This document shows, piece after piece, positions 25,986 through 37,739 of a stretch of DNA of 64,000 nt. Every line of letters starts with the position of its first letter. Position 1 is the stretch's first letter. A program made the translations under genes and the position numbers. The stretch is from positions 55,180,001 through 55,244,000 of the forward strand of contig NC_043005.1 of NCBI RefSeq assembly GCF_006345805.1, written 5' to 3'. The notes under the pieces are model-generated. The model ran no database searches. It had not been told where the DNA came from and saw only the letters and a list, made by a program, of their open reading frames with translations. The stretch is from Octopus sinensis. Its lineage: Eukaryota.

Positions 25986-27205
25986 GAGGCAGCGAGCTGG
26001 CAGAATCATTAGCACACCAGGCGAAATGCTTAGTGGTATTTTGTCAATCTTTATGGTCTGAGTTCCAATTCCACCGAGGTCGACTTTGCCTTTCATCCTT
26101 TCACGATCGATGAAATAAGTACCAGTTTTGCACTTGGGTTGATATAATTGACTAGTCCCCTCCCCACAAATATTTTCAATGCCTTGTACCTAGAGTAGAA
26201 ATAATAATTATTATTATTACCATTATTAAGGTGGCGAGCTGTCGACTTTGCCTTTCATCCTTTTAGGAATCAATAAATTAAGTACCAGTTACACACTGGG
26301 GTTGATGTAATCGACTTAATCCTACCACCCAAATTTCAGGCCTTGTGTGTATAGTTGAAAGGACTACTACTATTAAGCCAATGAGCTGGTGGAATCATTA
26401 GCACATTGGGCAAAATTGCTTAGAGGCATCTCTTTTTATGTTCAGAGTTCAAATTCCACCGAAGTCAATTTTGCCTTTCATCCTTTTGGGGGTTGATGAA
26501 ATAAGTACCAGTTATGCACTGGGAGGTCAATGTAATCGACTAGCTCCCTCTCCAAAAGTTTCAGACCTTGCTTGTGCCTATAGTAGAATGGATTATTATC
26601 ATTGTTGTTGTTATTATTATTATTATTATTATTCCATTCAGGGCAACTTTGCCTTTCATCCTTTTGAGGTTGATAAAATAAGAACCAATTGAGTGCTGGA
26701 GTCAGTTTAATTATTTTATCCGCTCCCCTGCTTCTGTCAAAATTTGAAATTGTCATTATCATTATCATCATCATCATTGTTATTATTATTATTATTATTA
26801 AAGCAGTGAGCTGGCAGAATCGTTAGCACATTGTGTGAAATGCTTAGTAGCTCATCATCTGTTTTATGTTCTGAATCCGAAATTCCACCGAGGTCAATTT
26901 TGTCTTTTGTCCCTTTTTGGGTTGATAAAATAAGTACCAGTTGAGCACTGGGGTAAATCTAACCGACTTGCCCCATCCACCAAAATTGCTGACCTTGTGC
27001 CAAAATTTGAAATCATTATCATTATTATTATTATGTCTATTAAGGCAGTAAACTGGCAGATTTGTTAGCACTCTGGAAAACTGCTTAGCAGCATTCCCTC
27101 CATCTTGGCGTTCTGAGTTCAAATTCTTCATTTCGGAGTAGATGAAATAACTACTAGTTGAGCACAGGGGTCCCAAATTTCAGGCCTTGTGCCTATAGTA
27201 GAAAG
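25986..27205 (+). mobile_element. Head-to-tail array of six family C SINEs separated by (ATT)n-type tails
   Basis: Units start at about 25986, 26228, 26375, 26634, 26801 and 27042; shared ctttgcctttcatcc...aagtaccagtt core. Confidence 0.9.
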
Positions 27206-27699
27206 TAGATAGTATCATCATCATGCTGCCTTGCAAACTTTAATAGTTCACACATAGATTATAAAGGATATGTACATTCCCTCACTTCCGACATTCCTCT
27301 CACATTCCAGCATACTCATTGGCACAAAACATGTTATATTTATTCCATGTCACATGCCATCAGTGAAAAAATATATATATATATAACGCCAGGTAAATAA
27401 TTTTTTATAACAGCCATAGCAGTGATATTCCTTCTTCATTACTTTATTACTGATTTTCTTGATCTTGGTATGAATGCATCCTATGTTATTCAGTGATTTT
27501 AGTACTTTCAGGTGTATAACTACCTTTCAACTAATGGAGGCAGATGTAAAATAGATATCAGAATATTATGTAAATATATGTTGATAGATAGTTTATGGTG
27601 CTAACTGGACTAAATTTGGTCTTTGTGTGTTTCTCTGAATGTATGTTTTTGCATAGTGGCATGCCTTCAGTTTTATTAATGTTCCCTGCTTCTGCCTAT

Positions 27700-27792
27700 C
27701 AATCTGTCTGTCTGTCTGTCTACCTGTCTATTTCTCTATTTGTGTGTATGTGTGTGTCTCAATCTGTCTATCTCTCTCTGTGTATCTGTCTG

Positions 27793-27829
<37 letters not shown>

Positions 27830-27999
27830 CCATATATATATATATATATATATATTATTTATATGTGTTTATATATGTATATATATATATATGTGTTTAT
27901 ATATACGTATGTATAAATGTGTATGTGTATATATATGTATATAAGTGTGTTTATATATGTGTATGTATATAAATGTGTTTATATATATATATTATATAT

Positions 28000-28036
<37 letters not shown>

Positions 28037-28060
28037 CATACATACATGTATATATATATA
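27700..28060. repeat. Compound (TCTG)/(CT)/(AT)/(ATGT) microsatellite
   Basis: Direct reading. Confidence 0.9.
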
Positions 28061-28890
28061 TCATCATCATCATTAATGTCCATGTTCCATGCTGAGTCTG
28101 ACTTAGGTTTGGAAAGCCACCAGCTGCATCAGGCTCCAGTCTGGTGTGGCAATGTTTCTACAGCTGAATGCCCTTCCTAATGCCAACCACTCCAAGAGTG
28201 TAGTGGGTACCTTTTCAGTACCACCAGCATAGGAGCCAGTCAAGTGGGCCTGGCATTGATCACGTTCAGATATGTGCAACCACCATGGGAGCCAGTCTGG
28301 GGGCACTGGAATCAGCCATGTTCAGATGGTGCTTTCTACATGCCACTGGCATGGTAGCCAGCCAGGCAGCCCCGGCATCGATCATGTTCAGATAGTGCTT
28401 TTTACGTCCCACCAGCACAGGAGCCAGTTAGGATGCACTTGCATCAGTCACATTCAGATGTTAATTTTTACGTGCCACCAGCATGGGAGCCAGTCAGGCA
28501 GAAATAGCATCGACTGGCTAGTTCCATGTCACCGGTGCTTTTTATGTGCCACTGGAACGGGAACCAGTCAGGGGGCACTGGCCACAGCTACAGTTTGGGT
28601 TTTACTTGACTCAACAGGTCTTCTCAATCACAACATATCTCCAAAGGTCTCAGTTTCCTGTCATTGCCTCTTTGAGGCTCAGTGTTTGAAGATCATGCTT
28701 CACCACCTCATCCCATGTCTTCCTGGGTCTACCTCTTCCACAGGTTCCTGCCACAGTTAGGGTGTGGCACTTCCTCACACAGCTATCCTCATCTGTGCAT
28801 AACACATGACCATATCAGCATAATCATCTCTCTTGCACACCACATTTGATGCATCTTATGTCCATCTTTTCTCTCAGGGCACTCACACTG
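28061..28890 (-). mobile_element. RTE LINE 3' end (ORF C-terminus, 3'UTR with 66-bp tandem repeats, (GAT)n tail)
   Basis: Minus translation YGHVLCTDEDSCVRKCHTLTVAGTCGRGRPRKTWDEVVKHDLQTLSLKEAM; catcatcat tail at 28061. Confidence 0.9.
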
Positions 28891-28968
28891 TTGTGTATTC
28901 ACACTGACATTACACACATATATATGACTCTCCTTACATATATGTACATTTATATATTAATGTGTATA

Positions 28969-28999
<31 letters not shown>

Positions 29000-30040
29000 G
29001 TATGTATATGTATATATCACTCTCTCTCTCTATATATATATATGTTAATTTGTATATATATATATGAATATAGAATTTGTGACATGGCTGTATGGATGCA
29101 GAGTTCATTGTTATCACTTGGTCTCAAAATCTATCTCACTGCATTCTAGTGCTTTCAACAAGTGTTTTCTACTTACAATGCATTGGCTGGTTCAAGCCCT
29201 TAAGCCAGTCAATGCATTGTAAATAGAACTGATAGACAGAAACAATATGTAAATCCATTGTGTGTGTGTGTGTGTATAAACATTTGTTTTCTAGCTCTGG
29301 AATGAAAAAGCATTGAGCAAAACCTGTATATATAAAACCTGTACACATAAATGCATAAACACACACACATCTACTTGGCAGTCACATAATTGACAAAGTG
29401 ATATAGAGAGGTGCCGTATTCATTGGCTGGCATTACATTATAATCTTCATCTGTTACTTGAGTAAAAGAAAGAAGTAACTTTCGAAGAAGTAACTATATA
29501 GGCATTAGATTGGTGGACTGAATTATGAAAGCAATTAAAAGTGTATTAGCACAATTAATTGGAAAGACAATCAGCTAAGATGAGATGCATTTCTGAGCCA
29601 GGCCGTAGTATTACTGGTTGCTTATACTCTTTTTCATTGTGACATAACTGCGAAAGAAATTGCATTACACTTGTCATATCTATTCTTTATACATTTAAGT
29701 TGATTGCATCCAAAGAGGGCTACTGTCGAACTCTTGTGTGCAAAGCCTTTCAGGGAAATAAATATTAGGATATTTGTTTTTTATATAAGAATTAATAAGG
29801 TAGAACCAGTAACTTAGGGCTGGAAAGCAAAAGGTTATTTTCCTTCCCAAGAGAAAGGTCAGTTTGTAAATCCAACTTTAGAAAGCTATACATGTAGGGA
29901 GAGAAAGCAAGAGAGGTATATCAAAGCATGAAAAAGGTATGGAGGGCAGAAATATTATATAAATAATGGAGAGTCAAGTGCAAGAAGCAGTGTGGTGGAG
30001 TGAAGGAGTAGGGGTGTTGATTTTTCTTTGGCACCTTGAA

Positions 30041-30450
30041 CTAGTTTCTGAGAATGTACTTAATCTTGTGTAAACAAGCTGAAGCCATCTCTGATTTGGT
30101 ATTTAAGGTACATCCCAAGCATGAAGTAACTCTCAAAGTATCAATCTCATTATTACTAAATATAATCTGCAGTTTCTGTCATTATTGGAGTCAGGCTTAC
30201 AATTCTCTCATCACCTTCATTTGATATCATATTCTACAACCTTCTTTAACTGCCATATATACTTGGCCAGTGTTATTATGTTCCAGGCTAGAAACTCTTA
30301 AAGTATGGGGTAGGATTATGAAGGCATTCCTTGAAGAGGCCCTCCATCAGTCTGATATAGTCCATTATGCTGTATATGTCATCTGCCCTCCCTCCTGGGT
30401 TGACTTCAACTTCATACAGATGCACAGATGGCATACGTGCAAATGCACAA
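30041..30450 (-). mobile_element. Penelope-like element GIY-YIG endonuclease C-terminal relic
   Basis: Minus translation with frameshifts: LYEVEV...DYIRLMEGLFKECLHN...TLAKYIWQLKKVVEYDIK*...CKPDSNNDRNCRL...CTLNTKSEMASACLHKIKYILRN* (stop 30041-30043). Confidence 0.8.
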
Positions 30451-30769
30451 GTAAAAATGGAGCACACACACTTGTGTACTAAAGTAACTGCAAATATGTT
30501 AATAAAATTACATTTTCCTTCTCATATGAACGTAGTTGCTGGCATTCACTTCAAACTTTGACGGTCAAAGTAAGGGATACTGACAGAAAAACATGCACAA
30601 ACATAAAAGCACAAGCATGTAAAATATTGTCAAATTGAAGGGTGGCATTCAAAAATAAACCAAGTATGTTTTTATTGTCAAGTAATATTTTAATCAGTCA
30701 CCAGAATTTTCATATTTTTCACTTGATGTTACTTTTGAAGGAAATTTATTGTTATTTTTATTTAATTAT

Positions 30770-32345
30770 CAAAAAATTCTGAGCAGTTTAATGGGGTGTT
30801 GATTTTAACCATTCCAAAGGTCCTAAGACTATAGTTTCTACAATATTGCCCCTCTCTTCTTGCTACACTATATTTATTACAGAAAACACTGATTCAATTT
30901 GTGCAGAAGTATCAAGAAGATAGAGTGTTCATTTTACTACAGTACTAAGATTTTTGTATAGCTTTCTTTACAACAGTTTTATGTTGCCCAAACTTCTGTC
31001 TTAGAAGCACAAAAATTTATCTGCACTAACAACCACATCAATTAATTTATCAGTGTTTTTTTCTTGTTATTCAGTTTTTTGTTTATCTTAACTGCAGACT
31101 ACTCAACTCTTGGCCAAAATATTTCTCCAGAAGTTTTTCATTCATTCAAAGTTCTCTTTCCATAGTATAGGTATTCAAGACACCTTTCAAAAAGAAAAAA
31201 AAAAGAAAGAAAATTCTTCTTCACTTTGTCAATGCTTTTTTAAAAAAATTTTCTCAGCAAGGCGTTTGCATCTTGAGGCACAAATTCACAGTCTCTCTGT
31301 TTTTAATCAGGTTTTGCATCTCCAGTTTGATAGCTGCTGTGTCACTACTGTCCTTTTCCTCAGTCAATTTTTTGCAGACTAAGCTGTCTGTGTACAAACC
31401 ATAAGTAGATTCCTCCAAAATCAGGTCAAAGAATTGCTTCATCAGTCTTAGGCAGTGTTCTTAGGAACCAAATTAGGATGTCAAACCAGTGAAAATATAA
31501 GAATTATTTCAGCTACTAGTAGTATTGACAAAAATATGGTATTACCATGCTGTAATAGCATTTTTTATTTTGTATTGTGACTCTGGCAAAGTCACAATTT
31601 TTTTTTTCAGCTGTGTTACACAAACAGTATATATGAAAATATTTGAAAACTTTCATAGTAAGTGCTTCTGTCTCAGTTGGTACTACCTCAGCAGCTATTT
31701 GGAGAGAGTTGTGCATGATATGTGCACCACAACCAGTTCCAATGTCTCTTCAAAGTTTGGCAGTCAGTCAGCTATATATTTTGTTCTTGCTTTTTTTTTT
31801 ATTTCATACCACCAAAATTTATGCCACAGTTAAGTGCCTCCACAAAACCTGAAAACTTTTTCCATCAATTCATGAATTAGTCAAGATCTAATTTTGCACA
31901 TTGAAAAATTTGACTTGTTTCTTCTTACCAGAGATGTGTCATACAAAATACAGTGACATTTCAACATCTTTTTGATTCAAAACATCCATAGAAATTGTCC
32001 CAAAATATGTCCCCCACAGGTCTTTAGTATAGCAAGCTCTGATTTAGCCATTGGTGCAGTTACATTATAAAATAGTACTTCACATTTTGTCATTGCTAAA
32101 TTAAGCTTTGGCTGAAAACGTTTTGAGACCAACTTTGTGGAACAGCTGACAGTTTCAATATTGAAAAATATATTCTTAATGACCTCTTCCATTTTCTTTG
32201 TCGCAATTGATCTGGCACCAGAGTATCTAATAGTGGTCATCTTACTGGGATCATTGAGAACTGCTGCTATTGTGAAGGTTTCCTGTTAGCTGCGCTACAT
32301 AAATTTGTTTCTTCACTATGAACACTTCATTGTTACAGCCACTAT
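30770..32345 (-). pseudogene. Decayed hAT-superfamily transposase
   Basis: Minus translation in expected order: CSTKLVSKRFQPKLNLAMTKCEVLFYNVTAPMA; MDVLNQKDV; NCGINFGG; GTGCGAHIMHNSLQIAAEVVPTETEALTMKVFKYFHIY; ERCLEYL; DTSAQIESVF (dimerization-domain motif). Confidence 0.82.
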
Positions 32346-32454
32346 TTTCATATAAAACTCAGTCTCATGTACAATTGGGAACATTTTAAACATTTGAATA
32401 ATCCAGTATCTATCGTGTATGAAATTGTATATACATATACACACACACACACAA

Positions 32455-32628
32455 ACCATGTAAAAAGCACTCAGTTCACTCTGTATATTAGTTTGGCATT
32501 AGGAAGGGCATCCATCTGCAAAAGCCATTTGAAAGTAGACAGTGGAGCTTGACATAGTTCTGTGGCTTACCAGCTTCTGTCAAACTGTCCAACCCATGCC
32601 CGCATAGAAGACAAACATTAAATGATGA
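32455..32628 (+). mobile_element. RTE-type 3' end fragment (family D)
   Basis: gtttggcattaggaagggcatcc...ccaacccatgcccgcatagaagacaaacattaaatgatgac. Confidence 0.75.
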
Positions 32629-32745
32629 CACCACCACCACTCATTTATATATATATATATGTAAATGTAAAAAAATACAAACTGGGACAAGAACGTGAAA
32701 CATATATTTGTGTGTGTATATATATATATATATTATATATATATA

Positions 32746-32808
<63 letters not shown>

Positions 32809-33682
32809 GTCTTTCTCCTTATGTTTGTTTCACTGTATGAATATTCGTGTGTGTATAAATAAATATGTGTGTCTTTCTGCTTATATGTTTATATCTCTAT
32901 ATGAATATTCAGATATATATACATATATATATTGTGCATGTATATATAAATAAATAAATACACACACACACTCACATACACATACGTGGGTTATTTGTAT
33001 AAATGTTTTGGTGAAATGTGTCTATATGTGAAGATGTATATAAACTTGATAACTATAAGCATCAAATATTAATATCCCTCATTATTTACAATAGCGAGTA
33101 ATTAAAAATAAACTCTTTTGTCTATTTGAATATATGCTTGGACACAATATTTGCACACAAACTACAAATTTCTATGTCTTTGACCCATCACCCCAAATAA
33201 ATTTCACTCCTTGCACCTTTGTTTACTTGTACACTTGAATGAACCCAAACTAGAATATAAAAGCAATCATTAATTTCCTACACTAAATATAACTAATTTA
33301 AGCTGATGATAGATAACAAAGACACCTACCCAACCAGAACAATGTCTTCTTTACCTCCTCTTCTCATCCACCCTCATCCAGTATACATTCATCTTCTCCC
33401 TCCTTTCCCCCTTATTCTACTACTTCCCCCTTCTCCCCACAACTTATTTTTGCTCACCCAATTGAACTATCCATAAAGATGTTAATTTATATGCTACAAT
33501 TGAACCACACCTACTTTGTAACCACCATGTACCAACCACAAGATGAGCCAAAAAATTTATGAATCTAATGAAGGCCACTGGACTGTCTCCTGTCCCCACT
33601 CACCTCTATCGTCTCGTGTCTTTGAGGTTCACCCAAGCACTTTTTCTTTAATATAAAATAACTATAATACAGACACATACAT

Positions 33683-33860
33683 ATCATCATTTAACATCCA
33701 TTTTCTATGTTGACGGTTTGACAGCATCTGACAGGTCCAAAGACTGTGTGGTGCACTAGTGGCTGCTTCAGCATAATTTCTCCAATGGCTTGATACCTCT
33801 TCTAATGCAAACCATTTTACAGAGTATTGTGTGTGCAACCATGTGTGTGTGTGTGTTTTT
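33683..33860 (-). mobile_element. RTE-type 3' end fragment (family D)
   Basis: catcatttaacatccattttctatg...cctcttctaatgcaaaccattttacagag. Confidence 0.6.
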
Positions 33861-35721
33861 TTCCACCTGTACTTGTGAGGTAGCCATGCAGCTCATAAAA
33901 CCGAGATCTCTTTCAATTCAAATAGGATATAGTAGAGAGGAAGCAGCTTTACACTAGGAGATGAAAGGTAGCGGTATCAGAAAAGGGGCCAGAGCAGAAC
34001 AGATTTTGTGCTGTAGAGGAGCCACATGGTTACTTACATTTTGGAGGAGAGGGTGGGACGACAAAGGGTGGCACTGCAAAAGGATTTTTTTTAAATAACA
34101 TAACAACGGCATCTCATCCAGTCTAATCCTTCTTTTCCAATCAATTTTGCTATTACTCTTTCTGTAATTTTCATATCCTAGTCCAGTTTACCGATGCCTC
34201 TATAGTTTTCTTTTGTGTCAGTTTATGATGCTGTTGCTATGCTAGCCATTGGTCATCATACCTTCCTCTATTACTGTCTGTTTTTACTTTCATTTCTAGT
34301 TAGTTTCTATGTTTTTTAGCCTGGAAGCCACCTACTTTTGACAAAGTAAATACCTTCCATGTCTTGTTGCATTAATAATGAAGAATTACCCAAATGTCTT
34401 CTTTTCAACAATACTAGCCTAACCATTTCATTATTCTGTTTCTAACTAAAATACTGCTCTTACATGTTTCAGATGAATTTTAAAATAATCATGAATTTAT
34501 CCTGGTTTCATAAAGCAACTACAACCTTTTTATTTATTGATATATTAATGTGGTTTTCGGAACGCAACAAATGGTTATTAAATAAATCTATTACGTAGTT
34601 TTTGTCGCAAAGCAAATCTAATAGGTAAATATGGGTAAATTGAGTAAAATGTAAATGTATTTAAATTTTGCTTAAACATCACCATATAAAATAAGTTATT
34701 AGCTAATATTCAATTGGGTATACAGCGAAATTGTAATATAGGAGAATTGTGCACATTATTGGATTTTCAATTGAACTTAAGTGCATATAAAATAGGCATG
34801 CCACAAAGGTAAAATAAAAATGAAATATCGGAATTTATGTCTAAAGAAAACTACAAAACGAAATAAATACACAGAAACATAGTGATTCACTAATATAATT
34901 TATCAAAATTTGTCACCCACCTTACTGGCAAATTAAAACTACAAGACAATAAATAAGAACAAAGTAAATTTTAAAAAAGCATTTTATAAAATCAAATTAT
35001 ACATATACAAATATACACTTGAATGGTATTCCTCTTGTGGAAAGTTATAAAGTATCTCACTTCACAAAATGAACATTGAAAAGTCATTTAGGTTGACTAT
35101 CTACTGGGAGCTTTCTTTTTCCGAGATATAGTTTTTCACAATTATTACTCTGACAGCTTTTTGCCTTCTTTCTAACAGTTTTGTTTCTTTTCTTTGCTTT
35201 TCTTTCTTTTTCTTTTTTTTAAATTTTTTTATTTGATGGATAGCTTACCCTTACACTCAACTGCATTGTTACATCTAAACTCTACACAGAACTGCAGTTG
35301 CTTGCATCTGTTTCGAAGCACCCCTAATTTGGGTTATTGTAGGAAAGCATTCAAAATACCAATATTTACTATTTATCGAACTAAGTATTGCCATTATTTT
35401 TTACCCAGTCTACTAACCATGTAATGCTTTTTTGATTCATTCAGTTAATGCCACCTATGCAACTTTTGTAATCAGACTCCATGGACAATGTGCCATTTTT
35501 ATCCACATATTGGAAAATAAAATGGCTTTGTATTGTATGAGGTCACTGAACAGTTTCCTTTCTGTTTACATTGTGGTTAACAAAAATTTGGTTTATAGGT
35601 ATGATTGGGATTTTAACATTTAGGGTTAGAATTTTAGAGTTTAAATTACATGGTGGGGAAAATTATTTGAAAAATAATTAAATTTGTAAATTGTACTCAC
35701 ATGCATAATTCCAGTCTTAGA

Positions 35722-36063
35722 TCTTTGTTTCAGTCATTAGACTGCAGCTCTGCTGGGGCACTTCCTTGAAGAATTTTAGTCAAATGAATTGATCCCTGTA
35801 CATTTTTTTTCTTTAGCTAAACCATTAAGTTACAGGGATGTAAACACACCAACACCGCTTGTCAAGTGGTGGTGGAAGACAACCACTCGCACAAATACAC
35901 ACAGATATGTATATAAATATGATGGGCTTCTTTCAGTTTCTATCGACCAAATCTCCTCACAAGGTATTGGTTGGCCCGAGACTATAGTAGAAGGCACTTG
36001 CCCAGAATCTGGAACCATGATTCATGAGAAGCATACTTCTTACCACACAGCCACCCTGTGCCC
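35722..36063 (-). mobile_element. SINE family A
   Basis: Reverse complement of the family A tail, core and head. Confidence 0.8.
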
Positions 36064-36082
36064 ATATATATATATATTAAGT

Positions 36083-36132
36083 GCACGATTTATTCGTGAT
36101 CAGAGTTGTTTGAAAACTGAGGTACTACTGTA
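36083..36132 (-). mobile_element. Tigger/pogo-like TIR remnant with TA target site
   Basis: Minus strand TA-CAGTAGTACCTCAGTTTTCAAAC; no partner TIR found. Confidence 0.45.
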
Positions 36133-36166
36133 TGTATGTATGTATATATATATATATATATGTATG

Positions 36167-36251
<85 letters not shown>

Positions 36252-36306
36252 GTATGTATATATATATATATATGTATGTATATATATATATATGTATGTA
36301 TATATA

Positions 36307-36344
<38 letters not shown>
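36131..36344. repeat. (AT)n/(ATGT)n microsatellite
   Basis: Direct reading. Confidence 0.97.
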
Positions 36345-36346
<2 letters not shown>

Positions 36347-36567
36347 CAATAAAGGGTTTAGCAACGAATTGCCTTACCACATACCGAATTTAGAAATAGC
36401 AGTCAAAGAGTTATAGCTATTTCTTCTACTAAAAAGGGAGATCTCAGTAAAAACAGCAATTGGAAGGCAGACACAAACAGGTAAGAGAGAATGAATTGAC
36501 GGCAATCTATCATACATTTTTAAGTTATCTACGGACGTACGTTTCGAAATCAAGTTTTTAGGAAAGC
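36345..36567 (-). mobile_element. Left arm of a perfect 223-bp inverted repeat; young element fragment, possibly a Penelope-like terminal repeat
   Basis: Exact reverse complement of 36906-37128; CpG-rich; abuts (AT)n. Confidence 0.6.
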
Positions 36568-36606
36568 TTTTATTGGTTTTAGGAAAGAAAGCTTTTAGGA
36601 AAGTTT

Positions 36607-36900
36607 TTATTGGTTTCAAATTTTGGCCTATGGCTAGGAATTGGGGGGAGGGGGGGACAAGTCGATTGCATCAACTTTAGTACTGGTGCTTATTTTATCA
36701 ACCCCAAAAGAATGAAAGGCAAAGAATTTGAACTCAAAGCATAAGGACAGATAAAATACCAGGAAGTATTTTGCCCAGCATGCATTAGCATGATTCTCCA
36801 GCTCACTACCTCATACCTTTTTTTTTACATATTGAACACATCCATTTCTCTAATGTTGAAAGGATCCATTCTTCTCTCCTGTTTTAATCTTTGATAAATT
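36607..36900 (+). repeat. 294-bp copy of 37935-38228 (family C SINE plus RTE flank)
   Basis: One substitution seen (cctatggct vs cctaaggct). Confidence 0.95.
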
Positions 36901-36905
36901 CTTAT

Positions 36906-37234
36906 GCTTTCCTAAAAACTTGATTTCGAAACGTACGTCCGTAGATAACTTAAAAATGTATGATAGATTGCCGTCAATTCATTCTCTCTTACCTGTTTGT
37001 GTCTGCCTTCCAATTGCTGTTTTTACTGAGATCTCCCTTTTTAGTAGAAGAAATAGCTATAACTCTTTGACTGCTATTTCTAAATTCGGTATGTGGTAAG
37101 GCAATTCGTTGCTAAACCCTTTATTGCTTAGTATTACTTAAATTTTCCTCGAATGAGGCTTTTACATGCCGAAGACTACTTGGTGTAATTGATAATTATT
37201 CCAAATTAATTAATTTCACCCTTCATTATTACGG
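36906..37234 (+). mobile_element. Right arm of the inverted repeat plus about 106 bp extension ending in (AT)n
   Basis: 36906-37128 pairs with the left arm; continues to ...cttcattattacgg then (AT)n. Confidence 0.6.
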
Positions 37235-37272
<38 letters not shown>

Positions 37273-37739
37273 ACATAGACATATACATACATATATTCAT
37301 ATATGCACACACACACAGAGGCACAAGTTAAGAAGTTCACTTTGCAACGATATGGTTTTAGATTCAGTCTCACTCTGGGGCATCTTGTGCTCATGTTTGC
37401 TTTGAGCTCATAAATGTCTTTTGAATGAAATTGGTAGGTGGAAACTTCAGAAGTTTTTTTTTGTTTGTTTGTTTGTTTGTTTTTTTGTTTTTGTTTTTTT
37501 GTTTTTTGATAATCAGCTTTGGCTTGTGAAACATATTTATATCTGTTTAAGAATTCTTCAGTAAATCTGTATTTTGGATTTCACTCAGTTTGATAATTCC
37601 AATATGTCTGATACTTCTTGCATTGAGTTGATTATTTGGATTAATTGCTGCCAGTCACCTGATTGTTAGTCTACACACACACATACACACACACACACAC
37701 CCACATATAGTGTGTTTGTGTGTGTGTCTATGTCTTTAT

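Noticed and set aside
25986-27205. CRISPR-like repeat/spacer appearance
   Set aside because: Eukaryotic context; units are 150-260-bp SINEs with simple-repeat tails, not short repeats with unique spacers.
34540-34900. AT-rich stretch with several GTAAAT/TAAATA (Fox-like) motifs and some CpGs
   Set aside because: Such motifs are expected at this AT content; no independent support.
36901-36944. Intact hammerhead using cttatgc as a CUGAUGA variant
   Set aside because: Only 5/7 core match and stems I and II cannot form in this copy; only the 3' half is present.
36345-37128. Interpretation as a simple DNA-transposon MITE with 223-bp TIRs
   Set aside because: No TSD, the right arm continues about 106 bp beyond the symmetric part, and the interior is a local genomic copy.
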